Shown: piece after piece, positions 14,627 to 27,500 of the stretch | Numbering within the stretch: position 1 is the stretch's first letter | Layout of the letters: every line of letters begins with the position of its first letter | Source: Octopus sinensis | Lineage: Eukaryota | DNA: 64,000 bases | Direction: 5' to 3' | NCBI RefSeq assembly: GCF_006345805.1 | Contig: NW_021836177.1 | Location: 1 to 64,000, forward strand | Notes under the pieces: generated by a model | The model's input: only the letters and a program-made list of their open reading frames with translations | What the model was told of the DNA's origin: nothing | Databases searched by the model: none | Position numbers and translations under genes: made by a program

Positions 14627-15587
14627 ATGGTCTATGACCAGAACTCGGGAAACTTGCTTGACTGTTCTATGGTCTATCACCAGAACTCGGGAAACTTGCT
14701 TGACTGCTCTATGGTCTATGACCAGAACTCGGCAAACTTGGTTGAGTGTTCTATGGTCTATGACCAGAACTCGGGAAACTTGATAGACTGTTCTATGGTC
14801 TATGACCAGAACTCGGGAAACTTGCTTGACTGTTCTATGGTCTATGACCAGAACTCGGCAAACTTGGTTGAGTGTTCTATGGTCTATGACCAGAACTCGG
14901 GAAACTTGCTTGACTGTTCTATGGTCTATGACCAGAACTCGGGAAACTTGCTTGACTGTTCTATGGTCTATGACCAGAACTCGGGAAACTTGCTTGACTG
15001 TTCTATGGTCTATGACCAGAACTCGGGAAACTTGATAGACTGTTCTATGGTCTATGACCAGAACTCGGGAAACTTGGTTGAGTGTTCTATGGTCTATGAC
15101 CAGAACTCGGGAAACTTGGTTGACTGTTCTATGGTCTATGACCAGAACTCGGGGAACTTGCTTGACTGTTCTATGGTCTATGACCAGAACTCGGGAAACT
15201 TGCTTGACTGTTCTATGGTCTATGACCAGAACTCGGGGAACTTGGTTGAGTGTTCTATGGTCTATGACCAGAACTCGGGGAACTTGGTTGAGTGTTCTAT
15301 GGTCTATGACCAGAACTCGGGAAACTTGCTTGACTGTTCTATGGTCTATGACCAGAACTCGGGGAACTTGGTTGAGTGTTCTATGGTCTATGACCAGAAC
15401 TCGGGAAACTTGCTTGGCTGTTCTATGGTCTATGACCAGAACTCGGGAAACTTGCTTGACTGTTCTATGGTCTATGACCAGAACTCGGCAAACTTGGTTC
15501 AGTGTTCTATGGTCTATGACCAGAACTCGGGAAACTTGCTTGACTGTTCTATGGTCTATGACCAGAACTCGGGAAACTTGGTTGAGT
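14627..15587. repeat. 42-bp minisatellite, ~23 units
   Basis: Unit ATGGTCTATGACCAGAACTCGGGAAACTTGCTTGACTGTTCT; + frame reads MVYDQNSGNLLDCS x23. Confidence 0.95.
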
Positions 15588-16274
15588 CCTCATCTTATAA
15601 AATGTGGCTCCAGTAGACCCAAATGAAATCGGGTTATATTAACCAAAATGTGAAAAGGGGTCTAAATGGGGCTGGAAGGGGATTAAAATTTAAAGGAGCG
15701 GGTGCTTAGCAATTCTCTGTTACATCAAGCTAAAAAATTTGCGCCAGCCTTTTAATCGTCAATGTGTTGCCGTCCATCATGAAGAAGTTTTGAATGCTTG
15801 CCATCGTGAGTCTACTGTCGTGAGAAAGAATCAATTCAAAACTTGGTGTTTAGGGATTTTCTTTTACATCAAGTTCAAAATTTTACGCCAGCCTCTGAAC
15901 TGTCAATACGTTGCCGTCCGTCGTTAAGAAATGTCAGCCATGGTGACACTACTATCCTCAAATACTATCCCTTCAAACTTTGGTTTCAATATTTTATTAT
16001 TTTTATTCAGCTAGCAAGTTCGTCTGTCCCTTTTAAATGTTAGTGTTTTGCTGTCTACCTTGAAGCAGACCTTTCCGTTGTTACTGCTGCCGATATTTAT
16101 GATTGATCTTTCTAAATATTTTATTTCTCAACTTACTCAAGATCTTTTGTTGTTTATAAATGGGAGAGAGATAATAGATAGAGAGTAAGAGAAAGCGAGG
16201 AGAGTCCAAGAGAAAGGAAGAGTAAGAAGTGGGGAAAGTGAGATGGAAAGGAGAGAGAAACAAAGAGGGAGAAT

Positions 16275-16590
16275 CATCATCATCATCATCATCATCATCG
16301 TTTAACGTCCGTTTTCCGTGCTAGCACGGGTTGGACAGTTTGACGGGGTCTGGGAAGCCAGGAGGCTGCACCAGGCTCCAGTCTGATCTGGCAATTTTTT
16401 CTACAGGTGGATGACCTTCCTAACGCCAACCACTCTGTGAGCGTAGTGGGTGCTTTTTTCGTGCCGCCGGCACAAATACCAGGGGCGCTCGCAGCGGCAA
16501 CGATCGGTTGGTGCTTTTTACGTGCCACCGGCACAGAAGCCAGTCAAGGCGGCGCTGCAATCGGCCACGTTCGGATGGTGCTTTTTACGT
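16275..16590 (-). mobile_element. RTE 3'UTR-derived segment inside the Helitron
   Basis: (CAT)n-CGTTTAACGTCCG...CTTCCTAACGCCAACC; equivalent segment at 42290-42545 in the second Helitron copy. Confidence 0.8.
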
Positions 16591-16660
16591 GCTGAAAGGA
16601 AGCAACAGAAAGTAACAACCACACTCTTACCCACGCATAGAGCGGGTCACCTTCAGCTAG

Positions 16661-16729
<69 letters not shown>

Positions 16730-16747
16730 TATATATATATATACAAA

Positions 16748-17526
16748 CATAATTAATAATACCGGTCCAGGAAATAGATGGTAAATGTTTTTATTTTTCA
16801 TTCCTTTCGAGACTTTATCCTCAATAGTGTTGGACTTTAGCTGTTCCTTCTAGCGTAAGGTAGTCTTATGATGGACACCTCTTATTGTGTTTAGATGTAC
16901 ATTGTATTTTATACATACTTTTAAGCATTTTTTTGCTATAGTTGTATTACTTTCGCCTCCTTGGAGAGTATTATGATTGTATTTCGGTCTGAAGCCATTA
17001 TCTAATCTATAAATATGAACTTATTTAGTCTGAAGTAAACACAAGACACACTAAGCTTTTACAATGATGTATAATTTTCATATCTTATCGCATCTATTGA
17101 TTGTTATTAAAGTCCAAAAATTGGTGGCCTTAATTTCAGAACACCCTGTACACACACACATACACATTATCATTATCTCCTTCTCTCTCCCTCCCTTTCC
17201 CCATCTCTCTCTCTTTCTCTCTCACTCTCTCTCTCTCTTTGTATATATATATGTGGGAGTGCAATGGCCCAGTGGTTAGGGCAGCGGACTCGCGGTTTCG
17301 ATTCCTAGACCGGGCGTTGTGAGTGTTTATTGAACGAAAGCACCTAAAAGATCCACGAGGCTCCGGCAGGGGGTGGTGATCCCTGCTGTACTCTTTCACC
17401 ACCCTTTCTTCTGTTGGCCTGCTCGCTTAGCCAGCGGGGTGGCGTCATTCGAAGGCTAAAACAATGCGAACTCATTGTGACCAGCGATGTGTAACAACAT
17501 CTGATGGTCTGGTCAGTCACGAAAAA

Positions 17527-17569
<43 letters not shown>

Positions 17570-17575
17570 CATATA

Positions 17576-17664
<89 letters not shown>

Positions 17665-17884
17665 TATATATATATATATATTTTCATTCGTTAGCTCTTG
17701 CACGCATTTTTTTCCCTTCTTGTTTCTCTCCTTGTTTCTTTTCTGTGTATCTTTCTGTTGAAGAGCGTAGGCTCGAGACGTAAAAGACTTGTTTTATTTC
17801 TATTCCTGAGCGCCAAACTAATACATTGTTTGTTTGTACTCCACCTGCCTTCGTCTTTTGTTTATTTTCGTAAAGCTTCCTGTT

Positions 17885-17885
<1 letters not shown>
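16748..17885. repeat. Composite block (Tc1/mariner end + microsatellite + head-deleted SINE + hammerhead-bearing fragment), copy 2 of 3
   Basis: Colinear with 10108-11078 and 28627-29490. Confidence 0.85.
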
Positions 17886-17948
<63 letters not shown>

Positions 17949-17962
17949 TATACATACATATA

Positions 17963-18520
17963 TATCATCATCATCATCATCTTCGTTTAGCGTCAGTTTT
18001 CCATGCTGGCATGGGATGGACGGTGCAACTGGGGTCTGGGAAGCCAGAAGGCTGTACCAGGCCCAGTCTGATCTGGCAATCTTTCTACGGCTGGATGCCC
18101 TTCCTAACGCCAACCACTCCATGAGTGTAGCGAGTGCTTTTTACGTGCCACCTGCACAGGTGCCAGACGAGTCTGGCAAACGGCCACAGTCGGCTGGTGC
18201 TTTTTACGTGCCACCTGCACAGGTGCCAGACGAGTCTGGCAAACGGCCACAGTCGGCTGGTGCTTTTTACGTGCCACCGGCACGGAGGCGAGGCGAGGCT
18301 GGCAAACGGCCACAGTCGGGTTGTGCTTTTAACGTGCCACCGGCACGGAGTTGAGGCGAGGCTGGCAAATGGCCACGGTCGGATGGTGCTTTTTACGTGC
18401 CATCGGCACGGAAGCCAGTCAGGGTGGCACTGGCAACGCCCACGTTCGGATAGTTCTCTTATGTGCCACCAGCACTGGTATCACAGCGACAATTTCCATT
18501 CATGTTGATCGATTTTGATT
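17963..18520 (-). mobile_element. RTE 3'UTR fragment with expanded ~57-bp tandem subrepeats
   Basis: Repeats of GGTGCTTTTTACGTGCCACC..GGCAAACGGCCACAGTCGG at 18134-18420; (CAT)n tail. Confidence 0.85.
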
Positions 18521-18779
18521 TTTGATTTTTGATTTCTAAGATATTTTTAAGATTTCGACCTGTTCCTCCTTTCATTGTTTTTTGCGAGTATTATCACCAT
18601 AAAACCTTATTGTTCCTCTTTCTTACTGTCGTTGTCTTTCGTCTCAAATGCTAGCTCAAGCATTTCTTCACAACATATACCTTTCACTCATAGAAACTTA
18701 TTCACACGACCACAAAGCATTTCGTCTCAAATCTTGTCTTTGTCACTTATCTATCGGTCTTTCAATTCCTACCCCATCG

Positions 18780-21700
18780 TTCCCAGTGCACGTTGACGCC
18801 CGCTCTCCCACCCCTTCTACCTGTACCGGAAGTCCTTATCTCATCTTGTCTTCCTTGCTTTTCTTCCATGATCACCTGAAGGCCTTAAGCCAATACCACC
18901 CCTACTATATAAGGTAGTGACCATACGGCGCAAAACATGATAGTGTAGTGTAGCAGGTTGAACTTAAGATCATTGCTTTGTTTATGAATTCTTCCAAATG
19001 CGAGCTTTCTTTTCAGGTACATGACGCCACTGCTCCCCGTCCCAGGGCCTCTAGGGCCCATACCTTCCACACCCTCAGGGTTGGCACTCTCAACGTTGGC
19101 ACACTGAAAGGTAGGTCTGGTGAGATTGTTGAGATGCTTGAACGGAGACATGTTGATATATGTTGCATCCAAGAAGTAAGGTGGAGAGGCGGTTCTGCTA
19201 GGTTCCTCACAGGCAAAGGACACAGGTACAAGATTTTCTAGGCAGGAAACACTGACGGGTTTGGAGGCGTGGGTATACTTATCGCTGAGAAATGGGTAGA
19301 TAGAGTAATTGAGGTAATCAGAGTATGTGACAGAATACTTAAGATTAGAATAGTGCTTCATCATGGATTAGCAACCATTATTTCGGCCTATGCCCCTCAG
19401 CCAGGGCTACCCGATGGACAGAAAGACAGTTTCTATGACACCCTACTGCAGACTACCTCGTTGACGAACGACAGAGACCTTCTCTTTGTGGCTGGTGATT
19501 TTAATGGGCATGTTGGACAACATGCTGGGGGTTTCCATGGTGTACATGGAGGCTATGGCTATGGTTTCCGCAACGAGGAGGGAACCAGGCTCCTGGAGTT
19601 CTGCGACGCAAATGATCTCATGGTTTGCAACACTAACTTCAGGAAACCTACCAGCCACCTAGTCACCTACCGATCGGGTCGACATACCAGCCAAATTGAC
19701 TACATCCTTGCCAGGAAAAAGGAAAGATGGCTGCTTATAAATGCCAAAACCTTCCCAGGAATGTGCCCCACAACATAGACTGGTAGTTAGTGACTTAGGG
19801 ATCAGGACTAAGAGGACGACCAATATGGAGAAGAAGGATCTGGAAGCTTAAAGATCCTGCAAATGGACAGAGATTTAGGGATATATTACTTGAAGCCATT
19901 GACGAAGTAGAAGGGGATAGAGCATCACAGGGGGTAGAAGACAACTGGACGTTTCTAAGGGACAACCTGCTGAGAGCCACTGACCAGATCTGTAGCTGGT
20001 GCAAAGTCTCCTCTCGACCTAGAATAACGTGGTGGTGGAACAGGGTGGTAGACAGGGCTATTAGAGAAAAGAGACAGGCTTGGAGGGACTGGGAAAATGG
20101 GGGTAGCAGGGAACTGTATCAGACTGCCAAAAGAGAAGCTAGGAGACAGGTTTATTTAGCCAGAGGGGAAGCGGATAAGAAAAAAATTGCCAATGTTCTG
20201 CGCCGTGAGGACCAAAAACTTGAGGTATTTCGCGTTGCAAGACAGTGTGTGAGAGAGAATCGTGATGTGGTAGGAGAGAAATGTGTTCGCATGGATGATA
20301 GTTCACTTGCGCTAAATGAGGATGGAAAGAGAGAGGTGTGGAGACGCCACTATGAAAGGTTGCTGAATGAAGAAAATGAATGGGATAAAGAGAGTCTGCC
20401 GAATGTCGACCCAACAGAGGGACCAGCTATCCGAGTTGATAGTTCCTTGGTAGTTAAGGCAATTAGAAGCATGAAGACAGGGAAAGCCCCAGGCCCATCA
20501 GGAATTACTGCAGAGATGCTCAAAATATCTGGTAGTGTTGGCTATAGCCTAGTCACCCGTATAGTTAACCAGGTAATACACGAAGGAGCCATACCCAATG
20601 ACTGGTGTAGCAGCATAATAGTCAACTGCTACAAAGGTAAAGGTGACGCCCTAGATACAAATAATTACAGAGGTATCAAGCTGTTAGATCAGGTAATGAA
20701 GATTACGGAGAGGGTCATAGCCCAACTAATTAGAGAGAGAGTTAGCTTAGATGAGATGCAGTTTGGATTCGTGCCAGAGAAAAGTACCACTGATGCCATA
20801 TTCCTGGTAAGACAGCTGCAGGAGAAATATCTAGCCAAAGGTAAGCCCCTGTACCTGGCTTTCGTTGACATGGAGAAAGCTTTCGACAGGGTCCCCCGAT
20901 CCCTCATCTGGTGGTCAATGAGGAAACTAGGGATAGATGAATGGTTAGTGAGAGCTGTGCAAGCCATGTACAGGGACGCTGCTAGTAAGGTGAGGGTTGG
21001 CTACGAGTACAGTGAAGAATTCCAGGTAGAGGTAGGGGTCCACGAAGGTTCAGTCCTCAGCCCCCTCCTATTTATCGTAGTCCTCCAGGCAATAACGGAG
21101 GAATTCAAGACAGGTTGCCCCTGGGAGCTCCTCTATGCTGATGACCTTGCTCTAATTGCTGAGTCACTATCAGAACTGGAGGAGAAATTTCAGGTGTGGA
21201 AACAGGGTCTAGAATCGAAGGGCCTTAGAGTCAACCTAGCTAAAACCAAAGTACTAATAAGTAGGAAGGTAGACAAGTCACAAACGCCTTCAGGTAGATG
21301 GCCCTGCTCGATCTGTAGAAAAGGCGTAGGTAGAAACTCTATAAGATGCACCAAGTGTAAGCTATGGACACACAAGAGGTGCAGCAACGTCAAGGGAAGG
21401 CTAACTAGGAAGACAATTTTTGTATGTGACAGATGCTCAGGAGCAATAAACACTGAAAATGCGCAGAGAGCAACTTCCGCCACATTCCAGGGAGAAGAAC
21501 TAGAAATAGTTGATAGCTTCCGTTACCTAGGTGACCAAGTCAGTAGCGGGGGCAGGTGTGCCGAAAGTGTAACTGCTAGAGTAAGAATAGCTTGGGCAAA
21601 GTTCAGAGAGCTCTTACCTCTGCTGGTGACAAAAGGCCTTTCGCACAGAGTAAAAGGCAGACTGTATGATGCTTGTGTACGAACAGCCATGCAACATGGC

Positions 21701-22160
21701 AGTGAAACATGGGCTGTAACTGCCGAGGATATGCGTAAGCTCGCGAGGAATGAAACCAGTATGCTCCGATGGATGTGTAATGTCAGTGTTCATACCGGAC
21801 AGAGTGTAAGTACCTTGAGAGAGAAGTTGGACCTAAGAAGCATCAGTTGTGGTGTGCAAGAGAGACGTTTGCGCTGGTATGGCCATGTGGCGAGAATGGA
21901 TGAAGATAGTTGTGTGAAAAAGTGCCACACCCTAGCTGTTGAGGGAATCTGTGGAAGAGGTAGACCCAGGAAAACCTGGGATGAGGTGGTGAAGCACGAC
22001 CTTCGAACTTTAGGTCTCACCGAGGAAATGACTAGAGACCGAGACCTTTGGAAGTGTGCTGTGCGTGAGAAGACCCGGCAGGACAAGTGAGCCCATCACC
22101 CATGGCCTCAGTCCACTTATGCATATCTTTCCTTCTTGGGACACAAAACCCTACTCGTGA
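18780..22160 (+). mobile_element. RTE-clade non-LTR retrotransposon, near full length, mildly decayed (APE endonuclease + RT)
   Basis: APE motifs LRVGTLNVGT, DICCIQEVRW, VAGDFNGHVG, SQIDYIL; RT ORF 20045-22090 with FVDMEKAFDRV, GSVLSPLLF, LYADDL; stop at 19239-19241 and frameshift ~19755-19830; 3'UTR cut by (TA)n. Confidence 0.97.
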
Positions 22161-22163
22161 AAA

Positions 22164-22308
<145 letters not shown>

Positions 22309-22329
22309 TACATATATACATATATATAT

Positions 22330-22362
<33 letters not shown>

Positions 22363-22428
22363 TATATACATATATATATATACTTATATACATATACATA
22401 TATATAGATATATATATACATACATATA

Positions 22429-23748
22429 CTAGCAGAATTGCCCGGCGATGCTCGGGACTGATTTGCTTGAAAGTACTGTTAATGATTGCACTGAATTATG
22501 ATGATTATTCAGGCAAATATTTATATAAGTTTACGGTGGGAGATAAGGACTTAACGATCAAACGTGTGCCATTGCATTGTTTTGGGGGAACCAAATTTCT
22601 AATGAGCATTATAGGGGCACCAACTTTAAGTTTGAGAATGTGTGGTGGTAGTCCGGGGGTCTCAAAGGATCTGAGTACCTCTATTGGATAGTTGATGACG
22701 TCCTCTGGGTCAGGAGTTGTATCGATAGACTTATATACATAGACATCCCCAGGAATGAGTTTTAGCATTTCATCATTAATATGGTGAACAGTTTTATTCC
22801 TCGGGACCAGAATAGCCCTTTGGCCAATCCAATCCATATTCTGATAATTAGCTTGTAGATCTGGGAACACTGCATCTCTGAGATCAGAAGGCGTTTTAAC
22901 GATGGTACAAATGGAATCGATGGCAATATTACCATTTTCATCCCCTGGTATTTTGCCTTCGCCAAGTGCAAGGAGGGTGTGAGGAAATGCTGCTGATGTG
23001 ATATCACGTCGCATATGAGCATGCATATTGGTGTGAAGTTTGAGAGTCTTCACCAGTGGCCACAATGTGGATGACTTAAGACACGCACTTACTGCATCAG
23101 CTCTAGTCCCTTTGGGAATAACGGGAAGTGTTTGTCGGAAGTCCCCTGAAAGAAGAAGTGTTATGCCTCCCATGGGAGCTGAAGAGTGTTTGATGTCTCT
23201 GAGAGATCTATCTAGTGCCTCAAGAGCACCTCTGTGGGCCATCGTGCATTCATCCCAAACGATAAGCTTGCATCGTCTGAAGACTTCTGCCTGATCGGAG
23301 CTGTTACTGATGTTGCAAGTTGTTGGTGTCTCAGTCTTCGCTAAGTCAAGCGGAAGCTTGAAAGTGGAGTGAGCTGTCCTGCCGCCTGGAAACAAAGTAG
23401 CCGCAATTCCAGATGATGCCACAGCTAGGGCAATGCCTTGTGTTCGCCTAATCTCAGCCAATATTAATTTGTTGAGAAAAGTTTTCCCAGTGCCCCCAGG
23501 AGCGTCCAGGAAAAAAATCCCCCCCAGCTTTGGCCCGGACTGAATTAGCAACGGAGTTGTGAGCGAACTTCTGTTCTGGAAGGAGCTTTGGCTCATTGTC
23601 GGCTATGTACTCGGCAAGCTCGTCAACATTAAAACATTCTCACGCAGCAAATGTGAAGACAGAGTGTTTGTGCCTTCCCGGTTTGTTGAAGGTAGGCTAT
23701 AGACCGGCAAGGCACTACCGCCCATATCAAGTACAGTATCTTCGAACG
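22429..23748 (-). mobile_element. Helitron remnant encoding a partial PIF1-family helicase joined to the 3' terminus
   Basis: ORF 22505-23596: [75 protein letters not shown]; terminal hairpin CCCGAGCATCGCCGGG then CTAG|T. Confidence 0.93.
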
Positions 23749-24518
23749 TAGTTTGTTACCACACAGCCACACCTGCCCCTATGTATGTGTGTGTGTGTGT
23801 GTGTGTGTATGGGTAGATATATTATGCATGTATATATGTGTACATATTACATGTACATCTATATATATATACATCTACACATAAAATACAAAATACAAAG
23901 TTATATCTTGATATCGCTAGTGATAACAATACTCAAAATATATAACAGACTGGAATTGTAGGCTCGTCTCTTGCAATTTCGATCAATTGGATCTTGCCCT
24001 CCCTCTTGTATAGAAGTGTATGGCTGCAGTGAAATTCCTTTTTGGACTTTCTTCTATCGAAGGCATTTTAACAAAAATGCTTCCGTAAAGACGGTGAAAA
24101 TATTGTCAATTTCCCCAAACAGGGACACAATTCAATTTTGAAACAATAACCAAAGCCCCTTCTCTGAAAGGGGGAGTGTTACGGTTTACAATTATTTAAC
24201 AAATGCAACACAACAACGTTTCCCTGACGAGGAACAACAAACGTGATTACAATAGTCAAACAGTAATAATAATAACAACAAACCTTTTTAATTTATCCCC
24301 ATTTATGTGAAACCACTTATTCAAGTTCAAGTCATTGATGCAATTTTATACGAATTGCTAATACACACACACACATAATAAGGGTGAAAAAATTAAATAT
24401 TAATTTGATTAATATGAATTGAAAACCAGTGGTGTAGCATATAAGACCATAGCGGATCAAATGATTTGGGAGGCAGAGAAAATCTGCCTTTTATCATATG
24501 AGATCATAATATATATAT

Positions 24519-27500
24519 ATCATCATCATCATCATCATCATCATCGTTTAACGTCCGTTCTCCATGCTAGCATGGGTTGGACGGTTCGACCGGGGATCTG
24601 GGAAGCCAGAAGGCTGCACCAGGCTCCGGTCTTATCTGGCAATGTTTCTACAGCTGGATGCCCTTCCTAACGCCAACCACTCCGTGAGTGTAGTGGGTGC
24701 TTTTTACGTGCCACCTGCACTGGAGCCAGGCGAGGCTGGCATTGGCCACGGTCGGATTGGTGCATTTTACGTGCCACCTGCACGGAAGCCAGTCGAGGCG
24801 GCACTGGCTTCGGCCACGATTCAGATTGCACTTTTTACGTATCTCCAGTCCAGGGGTCCTGGCATCTGCCGGGTGCCAGTCATAGGATTGGTTCAATTTC
24901 GATTCCGATTTCACTTGCCCCAACAGGTCTTCGCAAGCAAAGGGGGGTAGGCATGGGTGCCTGTCGTCGGATGAGGTTCGATATCGACTTCGCTTTTCTC
25001 AACAGGTCTTTGTGTGTCCAAGGGAGGAAAGGCATGCATAAGTGGGCTGGACTCACTTGTCCTGCCTCGTCTTTTCACGCACAGCATATTTTCAAAGATC
25101 TCGGTCGCAAGTCATTTCCTCAGTGAGACCTAAAGTTCGAAGGTCGTGCTTCACCACCTCAGCCCAAGTTTTCCTGGGTCTACCTTTACCACGGGTTCTC
25201 TCCACTGCTAGGGATTGGCACTTTTCACACACCTATCTTCATCCATTCTCGCCACATGACCATACCAGCGCAATCATCTCTCTTGCACACCACAACTGAT
25301 GCTCCTTAAGTCCAACATTTCTCTCAGGGTACTAACGCTCTGTCGAGCATGCACATTGACATTACACATCCATCGGAGCATACTGGCTTCATTTCTCGCG
25401 AGCTTACGCATGTCCTCAGCAGTCACGGCCCATGTTTCACTGCCATGTAGCATGGCTGTTCGTACACATGCATCATACAGTCTGCCTTTTACTCTGAGCG
25501 AGAGGCCTTTTGTCACCAGCAGAGGTAAGAGCTCTCTGAACTTTGCCCAAGCTATTCTTACTCTAGCAGTTACACTTTCACCACACTACCCCCACTACTG
25601 ACTTGGTCACCAAGATAACGGAAGCTATCAACTACTTCTAGTTTTTCCCCCTGGAAAGTGACGGAAGTTGTTTTCTGCAGATTTTCAGAGGTTAATGCTC
25701 CCGAGCATCTGCCACATACGAAAACTATCTTCCCAGTTAGCCTTCCTTTGACATTGCTGCACCTCTTATGTGTCCATAGCTTACACTGGGTACATCTTAT
25801 AGAGTTTTTACCTACACCTTTTCTACAGATCGAGCAGGGCCATATTCCTGAAGACATTTGTGGATTGTCTACCTTCCTACTTATTAGTACTTTGGTTTTA
25901 GCTAGGTTGACTCTAAGGCCCCTCGATTCTAGACCCTTCTTCCACACCTGGAACTTCTCCTCCAGTTCTGATAGTGACTCAGCAATTATAGCAAGGTCGT
26001 CAGAATATAGGAGCTCCCAGGGGCAACCTGTCTTGAATTCCTCCGTAATTGCCTGGAAGACTATGATAAATAGGAGGGGGCTGAGGACTGAACACTGGTG
26101 GACCCCAACTTCTACTTTGAATTCTTCTGTGTACATGTTGCAAACCCTAACCTTACTTACGGCATCCCTGTACATGGCTTGCACAGCCCTCACCAGCCAT
26201 TCATCTATCCCTAGTTTCCTCATTGACCACCAGATAAGGGATCGGGGGACCCTGTCAAAATCTTTCTCCATGTCAACGAAAGCCAGGTACAGGGCTTATC
26301 TTCGGCTAGGTATTTCTCCTGCAGTTGTCTCACCAGAAATATGGCATCAGTGGTGCTTTTCCCTGGCATGAACCAAACTGCATCTCGTCCAAGTTGACTC
26401 TCTCCCTAATCAGTTGGGCTATGACCCTCTCTGTAACCTTCATTACCTGATCCAACAGCTTGATACCTCTGTAATTATTTGTATCTAGGGCGTCTCCTTT
26501 ACCTTTGTAGCAGTTGACTAGTATGCTGCTACACCAGTCATTGGGTATGACTCCTTCGTGTATCACCTGGTTAACTATACGGGTGACTAGGTTATAGCCG
26601 ACACTGCCAGATATTTTGAGCATCTCTGCAGTAATTCCTGATGGGCCTGGGGCTTTCCCTGTCTTCGTGCTTCTAATTGCCTTAACTACCAAAGAATTGT
26701 CAACTCGGATGGCTGGTCCCTCTGTTGGGTCGACATTTGGCAGACTCTCTTTCTCCCATTCATTTTCTTTATTCAGCAACCTTTCATAGTGGCGTCTCCA
26801 AACCTCTCTCTTTGCATCCTCATTTAGCGCAAGTGAACCATCATCCATGCGGACACATTTCTCTCCTACCACATCACGATTCTCTCTCACACACTGTCTT
26901 GCAACACGAAATACCTCAAGTCTTTCATCCTCACGGCGCAGAACATTGGCAAATTTGTTCTTATCCGCTTCCCCTCTGGCTAAATAATACCTGTCTCCTA
27001 GCTTCCCTTCTGGCTATCTGATACAACTCCCTGCTACCACCGTTCTTCCAGTCCTTCCAAGCCTGTCTCTTTTGTCTAATAGCCCTGTCAACCACCTTGT
27101 TCCACCACCACGTTACTCTGGGTCGAGAGGGGACTTTGCTCTATCCACAGATCTGGTCAGTGGCTGTCAGCAGATTGTCCCGTAGAAATCTCCAGTTGTC
27201 TTCCACATTAAGTGAAGCTATATCCCCTTCTATTTCGTCAAAGGCTTCCAGTAGTATGTCTCTAAATCTCTGTCCATTTGCAGGATCTTTAAGCTTCCAG
27301 ACCCTTCTCCTCCAAGCTGGTCTTCTTCTGGGCAACCATTTAGCTCTGATCCTGATGTCGCTAACTACTATTCTATGTTGAGGAGTACATTCTTCGCCTG
27401 GAAAGGTTTCGGCATTTATAAGCAGCCCTCTTTCCCTCTTTCTGTCGAGGATGTAGTCAATCTGACTAGTGTGTCTGCCAGAACGGTAGGTGACTAGGTG

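Larger units (their letters stand above)
11807..16660 (+). mobile_element. Non-autonomous Helitron-like element with internal cargo
   Basis: 5' TCTCTATATATAAAACTG; 3' hairpin (CCC..GCGGG, 16630-16646) then CTAG|T at 16657-16661; homologous inverted copy at 42221-45267. Confidence 0.7.

Noticed and set aside
14627-15587. CRISPR-like array or 329-aa protein gene
   Set aside because: No unique spacers, no cas genes, eukaryotic context; no splice or domain evidence for the ORF, so kept only as a minisatellite
17698-18508. 218-aa and 124-aa ORFs with repeats
   Set aside because: Antisense reading of the RTE 3'UTR tandem subrepeats plus microsatellite
24200-24250. CTGACGA in a hairpin
   Set aside because: No GAAA/UH elements or stem II; simple hairpin
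25658-26371. 237-aa plus-strand ORF and similar antisense ORFs over RTE and ankyrin repeats
   Set aside because: Shadow frames of minus-strand RT or of the tandem repeat
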